Below, piece by piece: positions 35,301-42,736 of a stretch of DNA of 42,736 bases. Each line of letters opens with the position of its first letter. The first letter of the stretch is position 1. Origin of the DNA: a virus (Duplodnaviria; Caudoviricetes). The stretch spans positions 1 through 42,736 of IMG/VR virus record IMGVR_UViG_3300032233_000641. The stretch is one strand, 5' to 3'. Both the position numbers and the translations under genes were made by a program. The notes beneath the pieces were generated by a model. That model worked only from the letters and a program-made list of their open reading frames with translations. It ran no database searches and was not told where the DNA came from.

Positions 35301-35956
35301 TTTTTTCGTTGCGAGATAAAGATGGTAAGCCGCACGCAACTATTGAAGTTAAAAAACCATCTATTCAATTAACTAAAGAAGAAGTAGATCAGGTAAATAA
35401 TGCCGCCATGAAAGAGGCAAATGCATTGTACAAAACCCTTGAAGATAATGATAAGTGGCGTTCGTATTATCACAGCAGAGCTGACGAGCTTTATAACCAA
35501 ATGATTGCTCAAAAAGAAAAGACAACTCCAGAATCTATTAAGCAAGTCAAAGGTGAGAGCAATGCGGCACCCAAAAAAGAAGTACAGCCATTTGTGCAAG
35601 ATTTCATTAAGAGTGGTAATTGGTCTGAAGTAAAAGACTTAAACAATACTGGATTGTTTAAAGTAACTGAGGGGCAAAAGCTGCCGGGGTTTTCAAAAGA
35701 CATTACTCCGGGGTATTACACAATTGATGAGTTTAAGAAGATGGCGACTGAGCATGAGATGCCGCAAGAAATACTTGACAGTTGGATTGGCAAGCTAGAA
35801 AGCCAGCAAAAATATGGATATGCCCACGGAGGCGCAGCACATATGGCTGACGGTGGCGTTGTTAACCTTGACGATATAGTTGCTCAAGCCCTATCAAAGA
35901 ATGCACCTGTTAACCTTGATGAAATAGTTAACCGCGCATTATCTAACGCAATTTAA
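32312..35956 (+). CDS. large multidomain protein with C-terminal PcfJ-like domain
   Basis: LKYEG..LNHCVGGY....IFSLRD..G.P..TIEV...QVKG..N; xxxGG tags. Confidence 0.65.
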   Translation: MNLNKIKGALAAALEAAPNKKQAARLMELNSPSLIGQQGPDLQEAADILSGKWNPAPVPVRVATDIPPRQPRAKPRTQEEMLEIVNRVGPQLQKQFVRKPDKTESVASKSKKRHDREAAYQHDIEAADQKLLPELDIADRLGTVDVSLAGDASRLGTLRGVNGLKLNRPVELQAGPLFEEGWASGIDTASDYWKMMGRIQKQYGGLPVNAVYSNMASEGLPYAVHYEDALLSALNSAKVPKKNLDAFDQMMRNAFPNFVGVRNQDEAILQMMLDPKLRKHFAHLMELEGTTKNLGTPRGYDVKHAVEEPDLTTTEGGISGFVVKRPDLSLTHLPIETEHNTYGLRMPMETLGRQKLMLPKEVQFHDTLDSIMKNPLQANNPLGTLHFGVGRQIIDQQQVDQVKMFEELMKKYYGMRKGGLATGGVPEKRNVSQLFPLKDSADNPSMLSELKNAYGKESKTYGDKGAAMDILNRGFVTDVLGGAVDLANMPLQGLDWLASKIPALSEPASVMDKDSERVASFPISTDKPWGGKDAWNELFQKSGITSKTERPIAEMATSLIAPFAPAVAGKTAKLAAKGAKALAPTAAEMALDIASKYGVDPRMNIIKPKGGNWVQNFGSPEDSLRRLYRDPTMIDEAETLNNFIQKKIGNYVKNEMGTESDPIRKQADAWYEKKSDVLAQKQKQIDKATADMEAARVERGFTPEMMTKSQARIRDLETEKRIIQNQIGLHFRAINDPTRGAGSRAFAGSYGAKIPDETVATSPMGTAWENAADSSISAAPYRMHMNMTDASGVEAALRDVGGEYAVQNPNALAYRRNTGVTERTLGFDHLVDELKNALNVESGLPEHLLLQPKTLDKMSVAQASEHVDKINAWRAAQKHEADAARAANKATVVQKEYPEHGLQWVELRIPEMIEGFKAPERYEIKKPVPHSETFAIWDREKNGYITSGLKSEEAALKHLHQITYEDALKDALKYEGEQLNHCVGGYCPDVLSGNTRIFSLRDKDGKPHATIEVKKPSIQLTKEEVDQVNNAAMKEANALYKTLEDNDKWRSYYHSRADELYNQMIAQKEKTTPESIKQVKGESNAAPKKEVQPFVQDFIKSGNWSEVKDLNNTGLFKVTEGQKLPGFSKDITPGYYTIDEFKKMATEHEMPQEILDSWIGKLESQQKYGYAHGGAAHMADGGVVNLDDIVAQALSKNAPVNLDEIVNRALSNAI

Positions 35957-35968
35957 AGAGGATGAATC

Positions 35969-38461
35969 ATGCCTGAAATGCCAATAGACCCGAACTATGG
36001 TCGATTTATGGATGGGATAACTACTACGCCTGATGGCGGTGCTGTTGTTGATATGGAAGACGAAGAAGAGGGTGAGATCGAAGAGATGGATGATGGCTCA
36101 GTCGTTGTCCACATGAATGGCTTTAAAGGCCCATCAGATGATGAAGACTTCTACACCAATCTGTCTGAAGAGTTCAGCCCACTAGACCTTAGCAGCCTTG
36201 CCCTAGAGTTCATCGAGTACATCGAGAAGGACAAGGAAGACCGCAAGGGTCGAGACAAGCAGTATGAAGATGGCTTACGCCGTACTGGTATGGGCAATGA
36301 CGCCCCCGGTGGTGCTAACTTCAATGGTGCGTCTAAGGTCGTGCACCCGATCATGGCTGAGGGCTGCATTGACTTCGCATCCCGTGCGATTAAAGAGCTC
36401 TTCCCACCTGATGGCCCTGTCAGATCACAAGTCTTAGGTGAGTCAACCCCTGAGAAGGTTGAGGTTTCTGAGCGCAAACGCGACTACATGAACTGGCAGC
36501 TGACTGAGCAGATCGAAGAGTACCGCGACGAGCAGGAACAACTACTGACACAGCTGCCTTTGGGTGGCTCACAGTACATGAAGATGTGGTACGACGAGCA
36601 GAAGAAGCGTCCGTGTGCTGAGTTTGTACCTATTGATAACGTCTACCTTCCATTTGCGGCTGGTAACTTCTACACAGCCCAGCGTGTAACGGAAGTTCAT
36701 GAGATCACAGAGTTTGAATTCAAGCGCCGTGTAGACCGTGGCCTGTATCGTGACATCACTTTGGTGCGTGCGTCCCTCGACCCTGAGCAATCAGCCCCAG
36801 AAAAGGCTAATGACAAGATTGAAGGCAAGAGCATGTCTGACAATGTGGACGGTATTCGTACCGTTTACCACATCTATACATGGCTGGAGATGGAAGATGA
36901 CGACCGCAGCAAGGGTGAATTAGCCCCATACATCCTGATGATTGACGATTTGACGTCTGAAGTCATTGGTTTGTACAGAAACTGGGAAGAAGGCGACGAA
37001 ACACTGACCAAATTAGACTGGTTGATTGAGTTTAAGTTCATTCCTTGGCGTGGTGCCTACGCTATTGGCCTGCCTCACCTCATCGGTGGTATGTCTGCAG
37101 CTCTGACAGGCGCTCTGCGTGCCCTGTTGGATACCGCACACATCAACAACAGCGCCACGATGATGAAGTTAAAGGGCGGCAAGATCTCTGGTCAGTCTGA
37201 TCAGATTGATGTGACGCAGGTTATTGAGTTAGAAGGCTCACCCGGCATTGACGACATACGCAAAATCGCTATGCCTATGCCATTTAACCCACCTTCTCAG
37301 GTGCTCTTAGAGCTTCTAGGCTGGCTTACAACCGCAGCTAAGGGGGTAGTGACCACCGCAGAGGAAAAGATCGCTGACATCACGTCTAATGCGCCTGTAG
37401 GCACTACCCAAGCGTTGATTGAGCAGGGTGCTGCAGTATTTTCTGCTATTCATGCCCGTTTACATGACTCACAAGCTCGTGTTCTGCGTGTTTTGGGCAG
37501 GATTAACCGTTGGTATTTGGATGATCAGCGTCGCGGTGACATAGTTGCTGAGCTGCCAATTACCCGTGAAGACTTTAAGCGTAATTCTGACGTAGTTCCT
37601 GTGTCAGATCCGCACATCTTCTCTGAAACACAACGGATGGCGCAGACTCAGGCGGTTATTGCCTTTGCTAAGGAAGCTCCAGACCTCTTTGACCGTAGGG
37701 CGGTGTACTCAAGGGCTCTAAAACAGATGAAAGTGCCTAACCCTAGTGAGTTAATGCCTACAGCTGTCAAGCCAACGGAGATGAATGCTATTGACGAGAA
37801 CGCTGCTATGGCGTTGGGACGTCCGTCCTTTGCTTACCCAAGCCAAGATCACCTAGCGCACATACAGACGCACCTGACGTTCGCGTTAGATCCTATCTTT
37901 GGCAGTAACCCTATGCTTGCCCAGAAGTGTTTGCCCCAAGAGATTGAGCACATCAAGCAACACATGCTGCTTTGGTACACCAACCAGTCAAATGCCTACG
38001 TTACACAGGGTACAGACATTGATCTGCGTAAGTACGCTGAGAGCAAGATGCAGAAGAACATTGACCAGACTGTGGCTGCAGCTTCAGCTCACGTTGAAAT
38101 GGATGCCAAACAGGTATTCGCGCAGGTCATGCCTAGTATGCAGAAGCTTGGTCAGTTGTTAGCCGAGATGCAACAGAAACAGGCAGAGCAGCAGAAGGCG
38201 TTGATCCAAGATCCAGAGGCTAATGCTGTATTGCAGGCGTCTATGGCTGAGACACAACGTCGTGCGGCTAGAGATCAGGCAGACATGAAGATGTCGCAAG
38301 ATAAGTTGCAGGTTGAAGTGGCTATGAACGCCGAGAACAACCTAACGAAAGAACGCATGAAGGAAGCCGAGTTGACGGTAGACGAGGTGAAGCTGCGTCA
38401 AGAACAGCAGGAAACTGCTTTAACGCTGCAAGAGGCAGCACAACGTAACTTAAGGAGTTAA
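35969..38461 (+). CDS. portal protein
   Basis: 830 aa; ASKVVHP, LPLGGS, NAPVGTT.AL.E; coiled-coil C-terminus; upstream of head genes. Confidence 0.85.
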   Translation: MPEMPIDPNYGRFMDGITTTPDGGAVVDMEDEEEGEIEEMDDGSVVVHMNGFKGPSDDEDFYTNLSEEFSPLDLSSLALEFIEYIEKDKEDRKGRDKQYEDGLRRTGMGNDAPGGANFNGASKVVHPIMAEGCIDFASRAIKELFPPDGPVRSQVLGESTPEKVEVSERKRDYMNWQLTEQIEEYRDEQEQLLTQLPLGGSQYMKMWYDEQKKRPCAEFVPIDNVYLPFAAGNFYTAQRVTEVHEITEFEFKRRVDRGLYRDITLVRASLDPEQSAPEKANDKIEGKSMSDNVDGIRTVYHIYTWLEMEDDDRSKGELAPYILMIDDLTSEVIGLYRNWEEGDETLTKLDWLIEFKFIPWRGAYAIGLPHLIGGMSAALTGALRALLDTAHINNSATMMKLKGGKISGQSDQIDVTQVIELEGSPGIDDIRKIAMPMPFNPPSQVLLELLGWLTTAAKGVVTTAEEKIADITSNAPVGTTQALIEQGAAVFSAIHARLHDSQARVLRVLGRINRWYLDDQRRGDIVAELPITREDFKRNSDVVPVSDPHIFSETQRMAQTQAVIAFAKEAPDLFDRRAVYSRALKQMKVPNPSELMPTAVKPTEMNAIDENAAMALGRPSFAYPSQDHLAHIQTHLTFALDPIFGSNPMLAQKCLPQEIEHIKQHMLLWYTNQSNAYVTQGTDIDLRKYAESKMQKNIDQTVAAASAHVEMDAKQVFAQVMPSMQKLGQLLAEMQQKQAEQQKALIQDPEANAVLQASMAETQRRAARDQADMKMSQDKLQVEVAMNAENNLTKERMKEAELTVDEVKLRQEQQETALTLQEAAQRNLRS

Positions 38462-38463
38462 TC

Positions 38464-38643
38464 ATGGCTATTACATTGAAAGACGAACAGTCTGAAGCAG
38501 TTAAGCAGCACCACCGTAATGCAGCTGGTGCATGGATCACTGGTCAAAACATGAAAGAAGAAGGCAAAGCCACTCAGCCTGAAGCTAACAGCGACCACGG
38601 CAATTTTGAAAGCGGCAAAGGCGTAGACAAGCGAAACGCATGA
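38464..38643 (+). CDS. hypothetical protein (59 aa)
   Basis: AAGGAG RBS; ATGA coupling. Confidence 0.65.
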   Translation: MAITLKDEQSEAVKQHHRNAAGAWITGQNMKEEGKATQPEANSDHGNFESGKGVDKRNA

Positions 38644-38825
38644 GATACGAAAGCGACTTTATAAGTGCTGTTAAAGCACGTCAGTACGAGATCTCCTCAT
38701 CGTTGGTTGCAGGTAACTGCGTCAACTTTGAGACGTATCAACGGCTGGTAGGTCAACACCAAGGGCTAGAAGATGCCCTTGACATTCTTAACAATATATT
38801 AAGGGAAGACGATGAACATGAATGA
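38640..38825 (+). CDS. small head-region protein
   Basis: L..G....FE.YQ.LVG...GL..A. Confidence 0.7.
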   Translation: MRYESDFISAVKARQYEISSSLVAGNCVNFETYQRLVGQHQGLEDALDILNNILREDDEHE

Positions 38826-39246
38826 ACCGGTAGCTTCTAACGAAGCTGACATAGCGTGGGCTTTTCCCACTGTAGACCCCGGTAATGAACCCCTTGGAGC
38901 ACGCATACTTGTACAACTTCGTCGCACTAAGAAGAAGACAACGAATGGTGGAATTATCCTAGTGGAAGAGACTCGGGAAACGGAAAAATGGAATGGTCAA
39001 GTGGCGAAGGTTATCGCTATAGGCCCTCTGGCGTTTAAGAAGCGCGACACGATGGAAGACTGGCCTGAAGGGGCATGGGCTCGTGTAGGCGACTATATTC
39101 GCGTTCCGAAGTGGGGTGGTGATCGTTGGGAAGTGCCAGTAGAAGGCCAGCCTGATGAGGATCCAGCTCTGTTCATGGTGCTAAACGACCATGAGGTAAT
39201 CACCCGAGTAACGGGCAATCCATTAGAAATGAGGGCATTCGTATGA
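38812..39246 (+). CDS. GroES-like co-chaperonin
   Basis: PLG.RILVQ, T.GGIIL mobile loop, V.A.GP, VGD, LND.EVI. Confidence 0.85.
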   Translation: MNMNEPVASNEADIAWAFPTVDPGNEPLGARILVQLRRTKKKTTNGGIILVEETRETEKWNGQVAKVIAIGPLAFKKRDTMEDWPEGAWARVGDYIRVPKWGGDRWEVPVEGQPDEDPALFMVLNDHEVITRVTGNPLEMRAFV

Positions 39247-40244
39247 GTACAGATGCTAATAAAGAGCCAGACTTATTCGTTAAGGAGGGCGTTGACGGTT
39301 CTGCAACCGTTGATCTACCTGACGATCTGGCAATGCATGATGATGGGGATGATGCCCCTCAACAGGCAGCTACCCCAGAGGAGCTGGACGAAGCAGATGC
39401 ACGGGCTGAAGCTGCAGAGATTGCCGCCACTGGCGACATAGACCCTGAAGCTGAGGCTATGCGTGCTGCTAAACGCAATAAACGCAAAGCTCGTAAGGAA
39501 TACCATCGCCAAGTTGCAACTGAGAAAGACGTTCGCCTGCAAAACCTGCAGCGTCAGAACCAAGAGCTGCTTGAGCGTCTCTCTGTAGTAGAGAGGAAGA
39601 CAGCTGGTGCTGATTTAGCCCGTATGGATAAGGCTATTGAAGATCAGCAACTTCGTATTGAATATGCGAAGCGCAAGATGAAAGAAGCCACCGAATCAAT
39701 GGATGGTGATTTGTTGGCTAGTGCTCAAGAGATGTGGTACGACGCCCGTCAGCAGTCTGAGAACCTCGAAGGTGTAAAGAAGCGCATGGTTACGCCTGAC
39801 AAAGCTCAGACCATTGAGCAAGACCCTATGCTGCAGCGGTACGCAGCAAAGTGGATGGAAGCTAATCCTTGGTACAACGCACAAGCTAAGGACATGGATT
39901 CGCGTATAGCTATGACTGTAGACCAAGCCCTTGCTGATGAAGGCTGGGATCCTAAGTCTTCAGAATATTGGGAAGAGCTTGACAATCGCTTGTCAAAAGT
40001 ATTACCTAACCGTTATACTGATCTCACTGATGAGAAACCAGTAAACCGCCGTCCGAGAAGCGTTGTAACCAGTTCGGGGCGCGAAGTGTCGAGTAGTAGA
40101 GGTGGAAGTGGAAATTCATTCACTCTGTCTCGTGAGCAGGTAACTGCTATGAAAGATGCTGGCATGTGGGACGATCCTGAAAAAAGGAACCGCATGATAA
40201 AGCGCTACGCAATGGAATCACGTCAACGTAATCAAAGGGGTTAA
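39243..40244 (+). CDS. capsid scaffolding protein
   Basis: Acidic N-terminus, coiled coil, W...NPWY, C-terminal LS.EQ...(K)..G; position. Confidence 0.65.
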   Translation: MSTDANKEPDLFVKEGVDGSATVDLPDDLAMHDDGDDAPQQAATPEELDEADARAEAAEIAATGDIDPEAEAMRAAKRNKRKARKEYHRQVATEKDVRLQNLQRQNQELLERLSVVERKTAGADLARMDKAIEDQQLRIEYAKRKMKEATESMDGDLLASAQEMWYDARQQSENLEGVKKRMVTPDKAQTIEQDPMLQRYAAKWMEANPWYNAQAKDMDSRIAMTVDQALADEGWDPKSSEYWEELDNRLSKVLPNRYTDLTDEKPVNRRPRSVVTSSGREVSSSRGGSGNSFTLSREQVTAMKDAGMWDDPEKRNRMIKRYAMESRQRNQRG

Positions 40245-40246
40245 TC

Positions 40247-40789
40247 ATGGATTCTCGTTTAAAAAAATCTCTCTCTGCAGGTGGACGCGAAACATCTCGC
40301 GTTAGTCATGACTCAGCTCGTGAGGCACCCGAAGAAACTTTTGTGTCGTCTGAAGAACGTCGAAAGATGTGGAAAGATGAGTGGACACAAAGCGCTTTGC
40401 CTAATGCACCTGATATTCCCGGCTGGCATTTATGCTGGTTATCAACAACCAATAGTTACGACGGCATCGACAAACGGATTCGTCTCGGTTATGTCCCAGT
40501 TCAAGCTGAGGATATAAAAGGGTTTGAGAATTACCGTGTAAAGGCTGGCGAGCATACTGGTTATATTGCGTGTAACGAAATGCTTTTGTTTAAGATTCCT
40601 ATGGATCAGTATCAAGAAATTATGGCGCACTTCCATCACGATGCACCACTGGAAGAAGCGAATAAGATCAAGCTACAAGCAGAGCAAGCCGTTGGACGTG
40701 ATAGCCGAGGAAGAGCTCTCGGTCAAGTTGAGGGTGAGGGCATTGAGCAATTGGACAAACCGTTGCCTGCGCCATCTTTTGCTGGCTAG
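40247..40789 (+). CDS. conserved head-region protein
   Basis: P.IPGWH..W.......R.RLGY.PV. Confidence 0.65.
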   Translation: MDSRLKKSLSAGGRETSRVSHDSAREAPEETFVSSEERRKMWKDEWTQSALPNAPDIPGWHLCWLSTTNSYDGIDKRIRLGYVPVQAEDIKGFENYRVKAGEHTGYIACNEMLLFKIPMDQYQEIMAHFHHDAPLEEANKIKLQAEQAVGRDSRGRALGQVEGEGIEQLDKPLPAPSFAG

Positions 40790-40818
40790 GCATTGTTTAT
40801 AACTGATAGGAGTTAACT

Positions 40819-41391
40819 ATGTCTTCGACATCCGCTCCGTTCGGCCTGCGCCCTGCGTTTCATCCTTCGGGTCTTGATCGCGCTGTGGCTCTTGCTGGCG
40901 GTATTGTTTCTGGTTATGGTTCCGACATTTTGAAGGGCCAACCTGTTTTACTGACCACTGCTGGTGTATTGAATCCTGCAACTACTGGTGATGCATTCCA
41001 AGGTGCCTTTGCTGGCGTCGAATGGACTGACACTACTGGTCGTCGTCGTGTATCGAACTACTGGCCTGCATCAACTGCATACACTGCAGGTTCTTGCATT
41101 GCTTACTACTACTCTGATCCTGCCATTGTGTATGAGATTCAAGTAGACGGTTCGTTGACTCAAGCGTCTGTTGGTGAGCAATATGACCTGACCAACACGA
41201 CTGCTGGTTCTAACGTGACTGGTCTATCGCAATGCACGCTCGGTACTTCCGCAGCTGGCACTTCTGCTACCAAGCAGATGCGCGTGATCAATTTAGCCCC
41301 CTACGTAGATAATGCATGGGGTGATACGTATGTAATCGTTCAGGCGCAGATAGCAGAGCACCAGTACGTTGCAGCTATTAACGCTATTTAA
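40819..41391 (+). CDS. capsid decoration/minor head protein
   Basis: APFGLRP; G.F.G.E.TD; DP.IVYEIQ; directly upstream of MCP. Confidence 0.6.
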   Translation: MSSTSAPFGLRPAFHPSGLDRAVALAGGIVSGYGSDILKGQPVLLTTAGVLNPATTGDAFQGAFAGVEWTDTTGRRRVSNYWPASTAYTAGSCIAYYYSDPAIVYEIQVDGSLTQASVGEQYDLTNTTAGSNVTGLSQCTLGTSAAGTSATKQMRVINLAPYVDNAWGDTYVIVQAQIAEHQYVAAINAI

Positions 41392-41404
41392 GGAGGGCTA
41401 AAAC

Positions 41405-42319
41405 ATGGCAGCCCCAATGAGAAGTACCGACTTTCGTAGCATTGTCGAACCAATTCTGAATGAGTGTTTCGATGGTGTCTACGATCAGCGTACCGACGAA
41501 TGGTCACGAGTTTTCCGTGAGCAAGAAGGTATCCCACGTAACTATCACGAAGAGCCAGTTCTTTATGGCTTTGGCGCAGCTCCACAACTGCCTGACGGTA
41601 CTCCAGTATCGTATCAACAGGGTGGTGTTCTGTTCCTGCAGCGCTATGTTTACCAAGTCTTCGGTTTAGCCTTCGCGCTGACCAAAGTTCTGGTTGAAGA
41701 TGGCGACCACATTCGTATCGGTCAAGTGTATGCCCGTCACCTCGCTCAGTCATTGATTGAGACTAAAGAGACTCTGTCGGCTAACGTATTGAACCGTGCG
41801 TTTAACTCTGCATACCCCGGCGGTGACGGTGTACAGCTGAACTCAGCTTCACACCCAATCGTTAACGGCACTGTGTCGAACTTGCTGACTACTGCAGCCA
41901 ACCTGTCCCAGACTTCTTTGGAACAGATGTTGATTCAGATCCGTCAAGCAGTTGACAACAACGGCAAGAAAATCCGTTTGGTTCCACGTCAAATCGTTGT
42001 AGCTCCCGGTAACGTGTTCCAAGCTGAAGTATTGCTGAAGTCTGTTCTGCGTAGCGGTAACGCTAACAACGACATCAACCCAATCAAGTCGATTGGTCTG
42101 CTGGATGAAGGCGCTGCAGTATTGTCGCGTCTGACCTCTTCCACCGCATGGTGGGTACAGACTGATGCACCAGAGGGCATGAAGCTCCTGATGCGTCGTA
42201 AGCTTGAGAAGACGATGGAAGGCGACTTTGAAACTGACTCAATGCGCTACAAGGCGACTGAGCGTTATCAGGTTGGCTTCACCGACTGGCGTGCGATGTA
42301 CGGCACACCCGGCGTCTAA
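41405..42319 (+). CDS. major capsid protein (Mu gpT-like)
   Basis: GFG.AP, A.VLN.AF, GDGV.L...HP, GDFETD..RYKA.ERY..G..DWR..YG. Confidence 0.9.
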   Translation: MAAPMRSTDFRSIVEPILNECFDGVYDQRTDEWSRVFREQEGIPRNYHEEPVLYGFGAAPQLPDGTPVSYQQGGVLFLQRYVYQVFGLAFALTKVLVEDGDHIRIGQVYARHLAQSLIETKETLSANVLNRAFNSAYPGGDGVQLNSASHPIVNGTVSNLLTTAANLSQTSLEQMLIQIRQAVDNNGKKIRLVPRQIVVAPGNVFQAEVLLKSVLRSGNANNDINPIKSIGLLDEGAAVLSRLTSSTAWWVQTDAPEGMKLLMRRKLEKTMEGDFETDSMRYKATERYQVGFTDWRAMYGTPGV

Positions 42320-42331
42320 ACCACGCCACAG

Positions 42332-42361
42332 GGGGTTGGGATAACACCCAGCCCCTTTTTT
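42332..42361 (+). terminator. Rho-independent terminator after MCP
   Basis: GGGGTTGGG-ataaca-CCCAGCCCC plus T7. Confidence 0.85.
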
Positions 42362-42400
42362 GTTAACTGTATTTGTCAAACTTTTCAAGGAGCAGACAAA

Positions 42401-42736
42401 ATGCCACAATTTTCAGACGACCTATTTTTGGGTTCCGCTATTACCTTTCAAGGTGCGGATGCCTACCCTGCTGTTTCAACTTTTACTGGTTCAATTGCTA
42501 CAACCACGTTGACCGTCACCGCCATGCTTTCTGGTGACCCAATTACTGTGGGTATGTTTATTGACAGTTCAACGTCACTCACTAACGGAACTTACATTAC
42601 CGCTTTTGGTACAGGTTCTGGCGGTGTAGGAACTTACACCGTAAGTGCCTCACAAACTGTAGCAAGCGCCACAATTGTTGGCTCTGGTAATGCTTTGTTG
42701 CAAAACCCATCCACAATGACTGTAGGTGTTGGCCCA
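42401..42736 (+). CDS. virion structural protein (5' part, truncated by window)
   Basis: AAGGAG RBS; [11 protein letters not shown]...[13 protein letters not shown]...[13 protein letters not shown]. Confidence 0.7.
   Translation, partial: MPQFSDDLFLGSAITFQGADAYPAVSTFTGSIATTTLTVTAMLSGDPITVGMFIDSSTSLTNGTYITAFGTGSGGVGTYTVSASQTVASATIVGSGNALLQNPSTMTVGVGP

Noticed and set aside
31627-38540. Numerous alternate-frame and antisense ORFs of 60-170 aa within terL, the 1214-aa gene and portal
   Set aside because: Shadow ORFs of long genes with no RBS or motifs
1-42736. Stop-codon recoding, DGR, introns or inteins
   Set aside because: Core genes are intact in code 11 using all three stops; no reverse transcriptase; terL, helicase and MCP are of normal length

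Overview
A near-complete, circularly permuted genome of a tailed dsDNA phage. It has a podovirus-like layout (tail-tubular and ejection-type genes, no tail tube, sheath or tape measure seen) and probably infects a Gram-negative host. Order: end of a LamG/ConA-like tail-fibre gene, a membrane-protein-rich lysis cassette with a GH24 endolysin, tail/stabilisation genes, and five large internal-virion/ejection-type genes ending at a terminator (~16.6 kb). A leftward early operon follows (SSB-like, HTH, LPP20-like lipoprotein plus secreted partner, PD-(D/E)XK exonuclease). After divergent promoters comes a rightward operon: Cro-like HTH, structured RNA leader, DUF1376-type initiator with an internal iteron origin, lone primase Zn-finger, SF4 helicase, RuvC-like, many small genes and a TAGT/GREB1-like glycosyltransferase. 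Then a ~290 bp structured non-coding region, terS, terL, a 1214-aa PcfJ-domain protein, portal, GroES-like, scaffold and major capsid protein. No integrase, tRNA, CRISPR array or reverse transcriptase was seen. Most notable: a repeated-motif ncRNA cluster, a C4/CI-like antisense leader before the initiator, an orphan DNA-modification-type glycosyltransferase, a shared operator regulon, a mirror-symmetric helical hairpin in the giant virion protein, a recurring x-x-x-G-G tag in internal proteins, and apparent total CCWGG avoidance. All family calls come from motif recognition by eye, not database searches.
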